Positions 37,320 through 50,319 of a stretch of 64,000 bases of DNA are shown one piece after another. Each line of letters starts with the position of its first letter. Positions within the stretch are counted from its first letter, which is position 1. The notes beneath the pieces are model-generated. The model was given only the letters and a program-made list of their open reading frames with translations. It made no database searches and had not been told where the DNA came from. The position numbers were made by a program, and so were the translations under genes. Source of the DNA: Basidiobolus meristosporus CBS 931.73 (lineage: Eukaryota > Fungi > Basidiobolomycota); the NCBI GenBank assembly GCA_002104905.1, contig MCFE01000413.1, positions 1 to 64,000 of the forward strand, in the 5' to 3' direction.

Positions 37320-38020
37320 GCCAAGAAGAATTACCAACAAGAAAGCAGCAATTTACTCACAAGTTGAAGGTTCAGCCAGCAGCACTACACCGCAGTGAAG
37401 TAGATGAGTTTGCAGAGAAAAGCAACTTTTTACCGCTGCCTCCATATCCTCCATTGTAGACAGAGCTGAGAACCCACTTACAGACAAAGCAACAACATCA
37501 TGTACTCATAAGTATATCACAATGCCTACAGTGGAATATTCAAGCGTTGCTATGCACACCAAGAGGTTGCAGCACCACTTCAGGAGTGGTGCTCAAGAAA
37601 ATGGGCTCAAATATTGGAAGGATTTATTGTAAAGACTGGCAGATGAGGTGCTAGACCTTACAGTATTGGCTGGAGGCCAGGACACATGGGAACCAGAGAA
37701 TGTGTAATGGCATAAAGCATTGGGGTTCCCACCAAAGTTAAGGAAAAAGGGTAGTATAGCAGAAATAGTTGATGAATAGTCAATTTCAAAGGAGTTGCAT
37801 GTTGAGGGTGCAGCTGGGCTTAATGATTGTGTAGGGCATAGGGACTTGCATAGATCAATACAATTGGCAATTGAGGTACAACAGAAGTTTCAACAGAAAT
37901 AAATCAATTTGTATGCATGAAAAGTAAGAAAAACAGTTAAGTCAGGAAGTAAGCTGTGTGAAAAGGAGGCAATAACCAATCAACATCCACAAATGTGGGA
38001 GTTTGAGTGTTCAGGATCAG
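37320..38020 (+). repeat. Family X repeat, 3' part
   Basis: VQPAALHRSEVDEFAEKSNFLP and LADEVLDLTVLAGGQDTW frames match 46551-46841 and 13631-13897. Confidence 0.75.
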
Positions 38021-38945
38021 AAAGTCTCCCATATATTTCTCCCCTGTACTAAATTCTGGATGATTCTCTATCCTGAGAGCATTGTCATGCCTACCTCCAG
38101 CAAAGGGCCCACTGAACCAAAAGATTTTACCCTGAATGGTAGACAGTTTTTGAAACTTTGCAAAGTGTGCCTTGCATTTGCAAGAATAAAAGTATCTCCA
38201 CCCTCTGGAAGGTCTTTTAATTCTCACAGCAAATTAATCAAAAATACCTCTGCTGTGGAGCCTTCTGATGAGTACTCTGCAGTATCAAAGTTGATCAGAG
38301 CTTCTGGACCTAGTATTCCAAGCTTGTGCCAAGCCATTCATACCCTCTGCAAGGAGGTTCTCCAATGCTGTCAGCTGGAACTGCAAGCAGCTAGGACTTT
38401 TGTTGCCATGAAATTTGAGTTGAAACCTTGTAGAGCAATAGCTTTTGTAATATTAGAAAGGCTCAACTAGGGATTTCCTTGAGTACATTGGGGTAAATTT
38501 TCCACAGTACTTAGTATAGCTCTCCTGTAATGTGTCAAAAGAAAAGCAGCGGTAGTAATGGGATATATGAGAAAAGACCATTCAGATGAGTCAGGCATAT
38601 CAAGATTTGTATATGATTGCAGTGGGATGAGTTCAGTTGATCTGGCACAATCAGCTTAATTTATCTGTTTTTTTCATGCATTATAATTAAATTTTAAACA
38701 ATAGCATATATCCATCAGTATGCTGCAAAAATCTTCTTCTAGTTATGACTTGGTGCATCACTTGATGAATTACTCAGTAGTCTTGATTCCAATAGGAAAT
38801 CTGCAACTGATGTTATTTTTCTGTGTCAGTGCAATCCAAAATGCATTATGCATAACATATGGAGAACTCAATGATCACCTTAGTTTTCATATGTATTCTG
38901 TATAAGACAGAGTTGATGCCAATGTACTGCTATTTTAGTAAAAAA

Positions 38946-39645
38946 TGTTGCATGCAAGAGAAAAGTGTACTAAAACTCTTGAATGGTTTAGCTGAACCCA
39001 AGTGGCAACCAAGTGCAGTATCTTGGAATGGTCAGGGAATTGCAGAAATATTAGCAGAGAGGTTCTGGTCCAATATTGGACTTTTCTATAGCTGTGCTTA
39101 GCTATAATGGTAACAGTGCTGGTTTGCTATGCAGGCTTGGCTTGGTTTTCTTGGGAGTGTTAGATATGCTAGGCTTAGGTAAAGACTAGAATGTAATTGT
39201 TGAGTTCTTAATTTAGCTGAGATATAATCTTGATTTTGTTGGAGGACACACTAAGCCAAAAGGTTCAGTAAACTTTGTTTATACTTTTCTGATCAAGCTG
39301 AGTTAAAAAGTGCCAAGATACTGGACTAATTGCAATCTGTTGGGGTGTTGATAGGTGCATAAGATAAGTGAAAAACTACACCATTAGTCAGCTGATGTCT
39401 TGGCAATTACTAAGTGGTTAGATGGATCTCAGATGACTAATCACTTGGAAAGGCTAAGCATATCAGTACAGGACATAAAGACCACATGAAAATTCCTCAG
39501 GTGTGACAGCTGAAAGCAGATTCTGAGAAGTAATAATTTAAAACATTACAGGGATTAGTTATGTTTGGGTTAGGGAAAATTAGTTATTGTACTAGATTAT
39601 CTATTGGAGTAAAATAGGCTGAGGTTTAAATGTTGATGCACAACA
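38946..39645. mobile_element. Possible solo LTR (~700 bp) of a third family
   Basis: Non-Harbinger insert bounded by TGTTG...CAACA; no TSD seen and flanking Harbinger sequence is partly deleted. Confidence 0.4.
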
Positions 39646-40783
39646 CTACTCACTAATCTAGCAGAACAGGATACTCAGAGAATTGACAGAGATGAAAGAG
39701 TCCAAGTAGAAAGTTGTGGCTAGAGATCTACATCTAGATGCCAGCGGATTTATGTAAGAAGATACTTAACATGACAAGTATTGAAATCATTATTGGGGTG
39801 AGAGTGAGGTGATAGGATGAGGCAGCTGTGTGCAAGCAATTCCACATGAGACTTGTGCTGTACAGTACAGATGCATCCACTTGTGCCCCAGCTTTGGGAA
39901 CCAAGGAGATTTTGAGTGAGTTTTTGCCTCTGATGACCAATGTGCTGCATGATATATTACTAGTGCCAAGTGGAGTCCAAGAGCAATATTCACAGGACTC
40001 ATGAATGCAGAAGTTTTGATATATGAGTCAGAGGGTAGTAAGTACCTTGTGAATCAGAAGGTGAGCTTCTAGAGGAAGAATACTAACCATGGGCAACTGG
40101 GTAAGGATTGCACCAGCATGCCCCGCTGGATTCTGCACTAAGCATTGCAATGTCAGCACACCAGTTCACATGAGTCCAACCCATGCCAACAACCTTTACC
40201 AGGGCACTACAAACCAATATAACATGTGTCAGGTCATCATGTGTGCACTAGAACAAAGCTACAGAACTTATCAAATTGCTCAATTCAACATATGTCCACC
40301 AGAATAGGCTGTATTGCATTTACACATGGCATTGCATTGAGCTCAGCTAAGGGCCATGTCATAACATCAGGACTCACCTGTGCATGCATTTAGACCAGAC
40401 CATCAGCATGTTACTTCTGGATATGTAGCTAACGAAGACCCACTGGAGGTACCTCCACAACAGGAGCCTTTGGCAGAAAAAAGAATATGCCAGCATGTGG
40501 CACTTTAGGCAGGTTCCATAGCATCCTCTGGAGCACCTCAGTGCAGCCAAGTGGCAGCATTGCGCTCATCAGCCAGTAAGTTGAATACTGACTATGAGAA
40601 TACTGGTGGCCAAGATGATAGTCAACAATGAAACAGAACCACTATGAGTAAATACCCTGCATACTTTAACAACATCTGTGACACCAGTGCAGCCATTTGA
40701 TCTATTATGCAGCAACCCAATTAGTTGCATGCCAGCTATTATACTTTGTCCAATTACCAAAGTCAGGTGGCTACTTGCGCAAT

Positions 40784-41515
40784 AGACTTGTTCCATTGGA
40801 TAGTGCCACATTGCGCCATGAGTGCCAAATGATGCCATAGTATGTCCGGGAGGCCAACTGAGCCTATACTTGGCCACTGAGTGTCAAGCATAGCTCTGCA
40901 TCTTCATGCAAAGCATCCCTGTGTTTCACCCATTGTGCTGGAGAATATCCATTTTTTGACCTTTTTTTTCAGGTCAATGTTGTGAAGGATGTGTAAAAGC
41001 ACAAAAGGATTGAAGTTATGCATCTAGTACTTGATACCCATGGCACTCTGAATCTAGCTCCTGTGGCTTGTAACATGTCACAAAAATGCATGGCACTATC
41101 TTGGTCCACTGGTACTATCTGGCACTATAAGTGCTTTGTACAGATCTTACTTTGGGGCTAATGATTAAATATAGTGCCAGATAGTACCAGTGGACCAAGA
41201 TAGTGCCATGCATTTTTGTGACATGTTACAAGCCACAGGAGCTAGATTCAGAGTGCCATGGGTATTGAGTACCTGATGCAAGTCTTCAGTTCTTCTGTGC
41301 TCTTACATATCTGCACAACATTGATCCACAAAAAAACATCCAAAAATGGATTTTCTCCAACACAAAGGGTGAAACACAGGGGCTGTTTTGCATGGAGATG
41401 CAGAGCTAAGCTTCACACTCTGTGGCCAAGTATAGGTTCACTTGATCTCTCTGGCACACTATAGCATCATATGGCACTCATAGCTCAATGTGGCACTATC
41501 CAACGGAACAAGTCT
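40784..41515. mobile_element. Foldback MITE copy 2 with TSD AAT
   Basis: aat|agacttgttcc ... ggaacaagtct|aat; inverted relative to copy 1. Confidence 0.92.
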
Positions 41516-41689
41516 AATAGGCAAAATGGGATAATTGATGGCAAATTAGGTAGCTTGTGTATGGACAACTCGTTTATTGGGGCTCACTGCTTCAGGATAC
41601 TCTTAGACCAATCAATCACTAACATACTATTCTATTGGAGCAATGGTAACTAAAATGGTAAATGTTAGGATAGCTTATAGGGTGATACA

Positions 41690-42445
41690 CACTAATTTCC
41701 ATTTGTATTGAACAAACATGTCACTATACCAAATTTGACTTGCAATAATACAGGTATGTAATTGCATATGTGAAGGACACATTGCAAGATAGAGAATGCA
41801 ATATCTAGTCTACAAAGAAGGAAATCAAGTAGCTCAGTGTTAGAGCAAAGAATTAAGCCGTATCCCAGTGTAACTGCAGAGGAACACTTTACAGTCTTTG
41901 TAACACTGCAACAGTGCCCAAAGATAAAGCCCACAAAATAACCTATCGCAGCATGGGAGGGAGAGACTGTGATCTCTATACCTAAGTGCAAAGATCACAA
42001 GACATTGAATATCTTCAAAGCTATTGAGTGCCAAGATGAAGAGTGCACTAATATTGATGAGGCTGTAAGAAGTCTAGCACAGCTTCACCCTAAGGCTAAC
42101 ATACCATGGAACTATCAGGAACTCTAGGCCAAGCAGAATGCACTTGTCCTGTTCCATGAGCATTAACCTGGAATCAAGTAAGCAAACATACTTTACACCA
42201 GCATTGGTATGCTAAGAAAGTACTACAAGAGTAGAAGAAACTATCAAACTCAGAAGAATATGGGTGTCAAGGCTAAAACCAGCAGTTTCCACAGGCAAAA
42301 AGCTCTAAACAAACATCAAAGAAACATCAGGTAGTGGGAAAAGTAACAGTTAGGGAAATGCAAGTAGACACAGATGCACAAGTGCAACATTTATCAAGGA
42401 AAGAGAGTACTTCTATTCAAAAAGCTCTCAGTCAAGGTAGCACTG
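41690..42445 (+). repeat. Family X repeat, 5'/middle fragment
   Basis: Frames EEHFTVFVTLQQCPKIKP and QAECTCPVP match the 15241-15450 and 47461-47736 ORFs. Confidence 0.7.
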
Positions 42446-42448
42446 CAG

Positions 42449-45400
42449 TGTTGCACAAGTCTTGGAGATATTGAAGGTGATTGGGAGGGCAGTAGATTAG
42501 ACTTGCTCCATTAGATAGTGCCACATAGTGCCAGCCTGTTTATAGTGCTGGATCAGTCCAGCACTCTACAGAACTATCTGGCACTAGAATTTCTACTATA
42601 ATGGCAATGGTCGGATATAGTTACTGGTAATTTTATTCAATCTTACTTATGTTGCTTAGAATAGCACTTTCTTTGCTTTATTTACTTTTCATAATGCCCC
42701 AGACACATTTCTCTCAATGGATGTCTTCTTGTATAAATATACTGTGCATTGATAAGTATCTTAACTATTTTACCTATTCTGCTGTTTTCTCCTATACATG
42801 CATTTCTACTGCATTTACCAGCATATATGCTAAATCTCCTCAGATATCCAAATGTATGCTCTACCCTCACTCTGAAATGATTAAATATCTCAATGTAGAG
42901 CTTCTGCTTCCTGCTAAGCACATCATTCCTTGTCTTCCTACATGCTGTAATGCATTCTGATATCTGACAATTCTCTCCTATATAAGCTAAGTCTGCCATA
43001 CATTTCTCCCTTCCACTGAATTCTGAATGATTCTCTGCCCCAGGTGCTTTGTCATGCCTACTTGCAGCAAATGGCCCACTAAGCCTGATAATGTTACCCT
43101 CATTGTCAGACAGTGCTTGAAGCTTCACACAGTGTGCCTTGTACTTGCCAGAATAAAAGTGCCTCTGCCCTCTGGAAGGTCTGTTAATCCTCACTGGGAA
43201 GGTATCCAAAATACTCCTGGTATGGAACCTGTTGCTGAACACTCTGGGATATGGAAGTCTATTGGAGCTTCTGAACCTAGTATTCCAAGCTTGCTCTAAG
43301 TCATTCATACCCTCTGCAAGGTGGTTCTCCATTGCTGTCACCTGGGAATGAAAGCTTCTAGGACTTTTGTTGCCATGGATGGTGGGATGAAACCTTGTTG
43401 GGCAATAGTTCTTGTAATAGCAGAGAAGCTTAACAAGGATCTCCTTGAGTAGATTGGGGTAGATGGTCCACAATATTGGTATAGATCTCCTCTAGTATGT
43501 CAAATGGAAATCCAGTGATAATGATGGGATGATGAGAAAAGACCATTCCAATGAGTAAGTCATATAAAATTTGGTAGGTGATTGGGCTAAGGCTAATTGA
43601 TTTGATTTGGTGCAATTAGTATTATGTATCTGATTCTCATTGCATTACGATTAAATCTGCATCAATTGCCATGAATTTCAACATTATGTTGCAAAAATCA
43701 TCCTCAAACAATGACTTATTATTTTTGTTGATGCATTACTCACAAGTCTATAATCAACTAGGAAATCTGCAATTGATGGAATCTGATCTGTGTCAATGCA
43801 ATCCAAGATGCATCATGCACAATATATGGAAAACTCAATAATCACATTAGTTTTCACATATATCTCATATAAGACCAGGTTAATACCAATATACTACTGT
43901 ATAAGTATCCAAATCCGGCACTATGATCCCTATACCAAGTCTCCACTCATCTTTAGTACTACCCAGACAAAACCCATCCCCCAGTTCACAAGAACAGTCC
44001 CAACCAGGGAAGTCAATGTCAAACTTGTTCAAGTTCTTGCCAAATTATTTTAGTATAGCCCAAGCATCTATGATGAGCCTTCATACAGATATTTGGGCAC
44101 TACTCATCAATCTAGCAGAACTATATACCTCAGAGAGTCAACAGAAATGGAAGAACCTGAGTAGAATGCTGTGGCCTGAGTTCAACATAAGGATGCCAGT
44201 GGATGTATGTAAGAAGACCTATAACAAGACAAGTTTTGAAATCAAGAATGAGCTGAGAGTGTGGTGATTTGATGAGGAGGCCACACAGGAACAGTTTTGC
44301 ACATAATTTACACAGTACAGGCCAGACACGTCTGCTTGCGCCTCAACTTTGGGAACCAAAGAGCTTTTGAATAAGTTTTTGCCTCAAATGACTAATGTAT
44401 TATATAATATATTAGCAGAGTTGAGTGGCTTCCAAGAGCAATATACACAGGACTCATCCAGGCAACACTTCCAAAGTATCAGACAGAGGGTAAGTGAATA
44501 CCTTGAGGAATCAAATGGTGAGCTTCAAGAGAAAGAATACATACCACAAGCAACTGCGTGTAGATTGCACCAGCACTCCTTGCTGAATTCATTAACATCC
44601 CCTGCAATTTCAGCGCACCAGCACACCTCAGTCCAAACTACTCCAACACCCTTCACAAGAGCACCCTGCATTGAGTAAATACATGTTGGGTCAATGCATG
44701 CGCTTCAGAGCAAAACCACTAGAACTTGCTAAACTGCTCATTTAGACACAAGTCCATTGGAGCAGGCCAAGTTGTGTCAATAAGCAGCATCATATCAAAC
44801 TCAGCCAAGGGCCTTGCCAGCACATCAAGTTGCGCCTGTGCATGCCATTACACCTGACCATCAGTGAGTTTCTTCTGGTGAACTGACAGATGATGACCCA
44901 CATGAAGTGCCTCTGCCTCCAGAGCCTTTGGCAAGTAAAAGAATGCATCAGTGCATTGCACTGCAGGCTGGCTCAGCAGCATCATCTGGAGCAATTAAGC
45001 ATGGCCAAGCTGCATCATTGCACTCATCAACTAGGAGGCAAAATACTGACTACAAATACATAAGTAGCCAAGAGGATAGTCAACAAGGAAGTAGTTTAGG
45101 TGTACCAAGTGAATCACTACCAAATGCTTCAGTAGTAATCCCTGTGAGGAAAAAACCTAGGAGAAGATGATGCAACTGCATTGAATTGATATTATTTGTC
45201 ATGATCCAAACAACTCATTTTTTTTGCAATCCAACTCACACCACCACAAATCAGTGATCACTAAAACTCTGATATAAGCAATATTAAGGTTGTCTCACAT
45301 TTGAGACAGAACTCCTATAAATAAACACCCTACATATATATATATCATCTGTTACACCAGTGTAGCCATTTGATCCATTTTGCATCTGCTTGATTGGTTG

Positions 45401-46540
45401 CATGTGGGCTATGATGCCTTGTTGAATCACTAGGATCAGGGATTTACTTGCTCAATAGGCAAAATGGGATACTTAATGGCAAATCAGGTAGCTTGTGTAT
45501 TGGCCAAAGAGCCAATTGGGGACTTGCAGCTTCAGGATACTTTTGGACCAATTAACTGCTGAGATACCATCCAATTAGAGTGATGGCAACCAAAATGGTA
45601 AGTATCAGTGTAGTTTATAGTGTGATACTCATTTATCTCTATTTGCATTAAAGAAACGTATCCAAATACCAGATTATACCTACCATAATAGCAGTATCTA
45701 ATTGTGCACATGCTGCAAACAGTACAAGTTGGTGCAATCATCCGTGTCAACCTCATTGTGTCAGGTTGTGCAATAGTGTGCAAGATCATCCCACATGGTA
45801 CAAAATTGTCCAAGAGCAATCCTGCCTACTGGTAGTTAAAATATTGTGCCCAATTGTTCTTAGAGACCATGGATTGTGCCATGCACCCTGGACAGTACAA
45901 TGGAACAAGTCTATTATGTGATTTTCACTTAATGACTTATTGGGTGCAAAAGTGGTATTAATACTTTTACATAGTCTTGGCATAACTAGCATATAGATTA
46001 GGCTTAAGGAGGTCCCAAGAGCATGTGTGCAAAGCTTGGGGCTGCTTGGACAACTTCTAGATTTTTTGTGTTCTGGGAACTCAACATTTTGGTGAAAAAT
46101 ATTATAAGTCCCAACAATGAATTTGTCAATTATAGCCAAGATTTGAAGGTAATGATCTGAGTGACTAACTTAGGTGAGTATTTAGGTAGAATTGCAAATT
46201 TTACAACACTTCCACTTAACTAAGTGTTCATACTGACTGGTCCTATTTGTGGCCTAAGATATTCAAATTTGTTTCTAGCAAATGGGTTGGTAAATATGTC
46301 TGAACTCATTTCATCTGTAGGCCAGTATACAAAGTTAACTAGTCATTCTCTATAGCTTCACATATGAAATGATGTGCATTATCTATGCTCTTAGTTCTGG
46401 CATAAAATTTGGATTTCTACCAAATTGTATGAATCCTTGATTATCATGATATAAAGCAATTGGTGGTTTGTTACATAAGCCTAAATCTTCAAAAAGCCAT
46501 CTTAGCCGCATTGCTTCTTTTGTAGCTTCCCAGCTGGTGC
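42449..46540 (-). mobile_element. Copia family 2 3' LTR (42449-42498 plus 45913-46208, split by Harbinger copy 2) and adjacent 3' pol remnant
   Basis: Rejoined LTR reads ...gggagggcagtagATTatgtgattttcactt..., matching the other family 2 LTRs; the internal part resembles 8200-8340. Confidence 0.8.
42499..45912. mobile_element. PIF/Harbinger-superfamily transposon copy 2, complete ends, TSD ATT; transposase on - (42682-43560), Myb-like ORF on + (43923-45170, several stops)
   Basis: att|agacttgctcc ... ggaacaagtct|att inside a copia LTR; 263-aa DDE_Tnp_4-type ORF. Confidence 0.93.
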
Positions 46541-48400
46541 ACTGCAAGGTCTACCACCTCATCTGCCAGTATTTGCAATAAATCTTTGCAATATTCAAGT
46601 GCATTTCTTGAGCACTGCTCTTGAAGAAGTGCTGCAACCTCTTGGTGTGCCTATTAACATTCCAAAACTCCATTGAAGGCATCAAGATAGTCTTTTGAGC
46701 TCTTGATGTTGTAGTCTTGCCTGTCAGTGGGATTTCCACTCTGTCACCAATGGAGGATGTGGAGGCTATGGTAGACAAATTGCCTTTTTCTGCAAACTCA
46801 TCTACCTGGCTGGAGTGTAGCTCAACTGGCTGCACATCCAACTCTTGTGAGAACAGCTGTTTTCTTGTTGGAAATTCTTGTGAGCTATGATGGGAATCAG
46901 TGTGTTCTGGGCTTGCATCATTGATTGGCCAGAACTGCAGTTTTTTGCATACCTCCCTGTCTCAGGCTTGGGTAGACATTTTTCCCTTTACCATTTCCTT
47001 TTTCTCTGCCAGGTCTTTCACTGCTACTCTGTCTGAGTGCTTCTTTTAATGAAATACATTTTCTCTTTGATATGTTCTGCTCTGATGCATCTGTTTTGGC
47101 CTGCTTGTCCCTTGCTGGCACTCTTCTGGCAACCTGATGTTTCTTTTCCGCTTGTTTTGAGCTCTCAACTATAGTTGTGACAGGCTCCTGTAAGAACCAC
47201 TGGTTTTTGTTGCTGCCAGGTCCTTCACTGATACTTTGACTGAATGCTTCTTGAGTAGTACTATGCTTTCTCCTTGATAAATGTTGTGCTGGTGCATCCA
47301 TGTCTCCCTGCTTGTCCCTAATTGGCACTCTTCTAGCTACCTGACATCTCATTGACACTTGTCTGGAGCTTTGGCCCTGCCTGTAACAGGCTCTTGTGGA
47401 GGTGACTGGTTTTTAACCATGGCACCCTTGTACTTCTGCCTTTGCTGGTTTCTGCTATTCTCAAGATACTCTCTTAGCACACCAATACTGCCCAAAATCC
47501 GTATGCCTGTTTGAATCCGGGATAATGCTCATGGAACAAGTCAAGTGCTTCTGCTTGGCCTTGAGTTCCTGATGGTCCCATGATATGCCAGCCTTGAGAT
47601 GATAGCATGCTAGACTTCTGACAGCCTCTTGAATATTAGCCTGCTCTTTATTGTTGCACTCAATGGCTGCACAGATCTTCAATATCTCTTGATCTTTATG
47701 CTTTGGTATAAACACCTCATTGTCCCCCTCCCACACTGTGATTAGTTTTGCTGTGGGCTTTATCTTTCAACACTATTGTTGTGCTTCAAAGACTGTACAA
47801 TGTTCCTCTGCTGTTACATTGGGAAATGACTCAATTCTTGGCTATGATATTGAGCTACTCAAGTTCCTTCTTTGCAGCAAAGATACTGCTTTCTCTAACT
47901 GGGATATTAATTGCTCTACACATATTATTCACTCATCCTGTTTCTGTACTATTTCCTGATTTATCTGGGCCAGCACATCTATCCCATCAGCCACTGCACC
48001 TGATTGCTTCATTAATGCTTTGGTATGAGTTGACAGCATACTTGGTAATATGGGTGGTAGTGGTGTTGTGATGGACACTTGCTGGTCTTCAACCAAGGGT
48101 ACTACATTTACTACATTCTCATCTGCCTGAGCATAGCCGTAAGCTTGTGGCTCTACAGCGGTTCTCAATTGCCTACTTGACTGAGAGCCTGACAAGTCTA
48201 CATTATTACCTTCAGTGGGCAAACTGTTAACATGGCCTTTTTTGGATGTAGTCCTGCTTATTGTACTGAATGTCAAAGCAAGCTGTTGTCCAACCATTCT
48301 TCTGTTGCTGTCAGTAGTGGGGTTTGGTTGGGAACCAGACAACTTTGCTTTATTTTTTGGCAGCATATGTATGAAAGTGAGTCAAACAAAGGGAAAGTAG
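46540..48400 (-). repeat. Family X repeat, longest copy (decayed ORF of roughly 600 codons here)
   Basis: ORF fragments 47929-48366, 47461-47736, 46918-47358 and 46551-46841 are consecutive on the minus strand and shared with the other copies. Confidence 0.75.
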
Positions 48401-48479
48401 TGTTACATATGCATGTGTATGTGGTGCCACAACTTTATTTATAATGCTTACTATGGTGGGTCATCATTGAATCTTACAT

Positions 48480-50315
48480 TCATGTAGGTGCAATGTCTCA
48501 AACACAAGACTGCCTTAAATTCACATGAGTATTGACCAAAAAGTGATATAATAGTGTTACATTGTTGAAGGTCAAATTGTTTGCCTCATGGTCAAGACTA
48601 CTTTGACTCTACACCATAAGAGAAGAGAAAAAAGCCATGTGGCTATTGTAGCAAGCCTCTCAGCCATGAAGCATGCAGACAGCATAGGAGTATTACAAGG
48701 ATCATGGGTGGTGTTCTGCCACACAACTCATATTTGACCATTCATTGGTCACTATCTTACCAATATTATCTTGTTGGCCAGTTAATACTTCTATATTGGC
48801 ACCCAGCTGTATTTGTCACCTTGCGCAAACTGAGTCAAATGAGTTTGTGATGTCTTTAGGCTCACCTCAGCCTTCTGAATATGGCACACAGAGTGATAGC
48901 TCTGACAAAGAAGGTTCACTGACAGATTGTGAGCCTATCTCCCTTAACAACAGTACAATGTATGAGCCTAGTCAAATCCCAATATTCAATGAGACAACAC
49001 CCATTGAGACAAATGCCAAGGATACATTATGGAGCCAAGTGAGCTCAGTAATCCATCTATTGGTGAGTGATGTAATGTTGTGGCTAGAGAAGTGGCACAT
49101 TTCTGCTAATATCAGTAATGGAGGCTTTTAGGATTTATCACTACTTCTTACTAAAATCATTCCTGGAAGCAACTTACTATGTACATGGTACAAGTGGACA
49201 ACCATTATGAGGCTGGCAACATATGATGCAGAGACTGTCCTGATTCCAGCATGCGTTAACAGTTGTATGGCGTTCACATCCAAAAATGCTACCATTGCAA
49301 CAAGTCCAAATTGTCAGGAATCCACCACCACTGAGGGAAAACATTGTTCACACTCCGGATACATTCCGGTCATACCCTGTCTGAGGAAGCTGATGTAGTC
49401 CAACAAATATTGCAAAGCTATACAGTACAGCACTCAGTATTAATCAAGCTCTAGCATATCCAATATAATTGATGGCAAACATTACAAACAGCTAAGAAGC
49501 AAGGGCTACTTTGAAGGTATGTATGGCCATGCCTTTGTCTTTGCACTTGATGGGGTCTCATTGAACAAGTACTCTACCAGTAAATCCTGCTGGCCATGGA
49601 TTCTCATCAATCTGATTCTGCTACCCATCTAACGGTACCAGAGCCATAATCTGATGGTAGTGTCACTGGTATCTAGCCCTAAATCACTGTCCAACCTGGA
49701 TAGATACCTGTATCCATTGCTGAATGGATTTATATGCTTTCCAGCAGGATAGCAGTAAATGGCCATCATGCAAAAGCGCATATTAGTATCTACATTGGAG
49801 ATACCCCAGCCATCAGCAACATAGCAGGTTTTTCTGGGCACATTGAGCTGTATTGTTGTCAGATGTGTGAGATCCATGGGATTTACTCCATAACTCTCAC
49901 ACATTATTATCACCCAAACACCAGCACTAAGAACATCATCTTCCCACAGAGAGAATGTACAGAAGTCAGCATGCAATTGCAGCAAAGTTGGCAAGCTATC
50001 AGCCATTGGCCAGAATATGGAATCAATTAGAAACCAGAGATACTTAAGATAGAGGATATCTGTTGGAGCAAAAGCTTTACACTGGGAGCAATGCATTTGC
50101 TTTTCAATAATATTTCTAAACTGATGACCAAGTTGTACATGGGGCATTTCAAGCTAAATGAGCCCTTTGAGATACCAGAGAAACTTGAAAAATTGGTAAG
50201 ATATTAAAGAGTATCTGCTACTCTAAGTACTTCTCACAGGCTCCAATCAATATTCATAAGCATATGCAACAACTCAAATGCAAAGACTGGATGACCTGGA
50301 TATGTATTTATTTAG
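48480..50315 (+). mobile_element. tnp2/CACTA(EnSpm)-type transposase remnant (copy 3, most complete)
   Basis: PCGYCSKPLSH N-terminal Cys/His motif, ACVNSCMAFT, SGYIPVIP.L, HAFVFALDG, IGDTPAISNIAGFSGH..YCCQMCEIHG, AMHLLFNNI, AKDWMTW; these resemble fungal Transposase_21 proteins. CACTA termini not found. Confidence 0.75.
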
Positions 50316-50319
50316 GAGG

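Larger units (their letters stand above)
38020..41690. mobile_element. Harbinger element copy 3, strongly decayed; transposase on - (38020-38560), Myb-like ORF on + (39646-40700); interrupted by an LTR-like insert and MITE copy 2
   Basis: RYFYSCKCKAHFAKFQKLS..QGKIFWFSGPFAGGRHD; later blocks colinear with 43600-45600. Confidence 0.8.

Noticed and set aside
36572-41515. CRISPR array or structured ncRNA gene in the repeated gtgcca-rich palindromes
   Set aside because: No regular repeat-spacer periodicity; the palindromes carry Harbinger TIRs and an AAT TSD, so they are MITEs.
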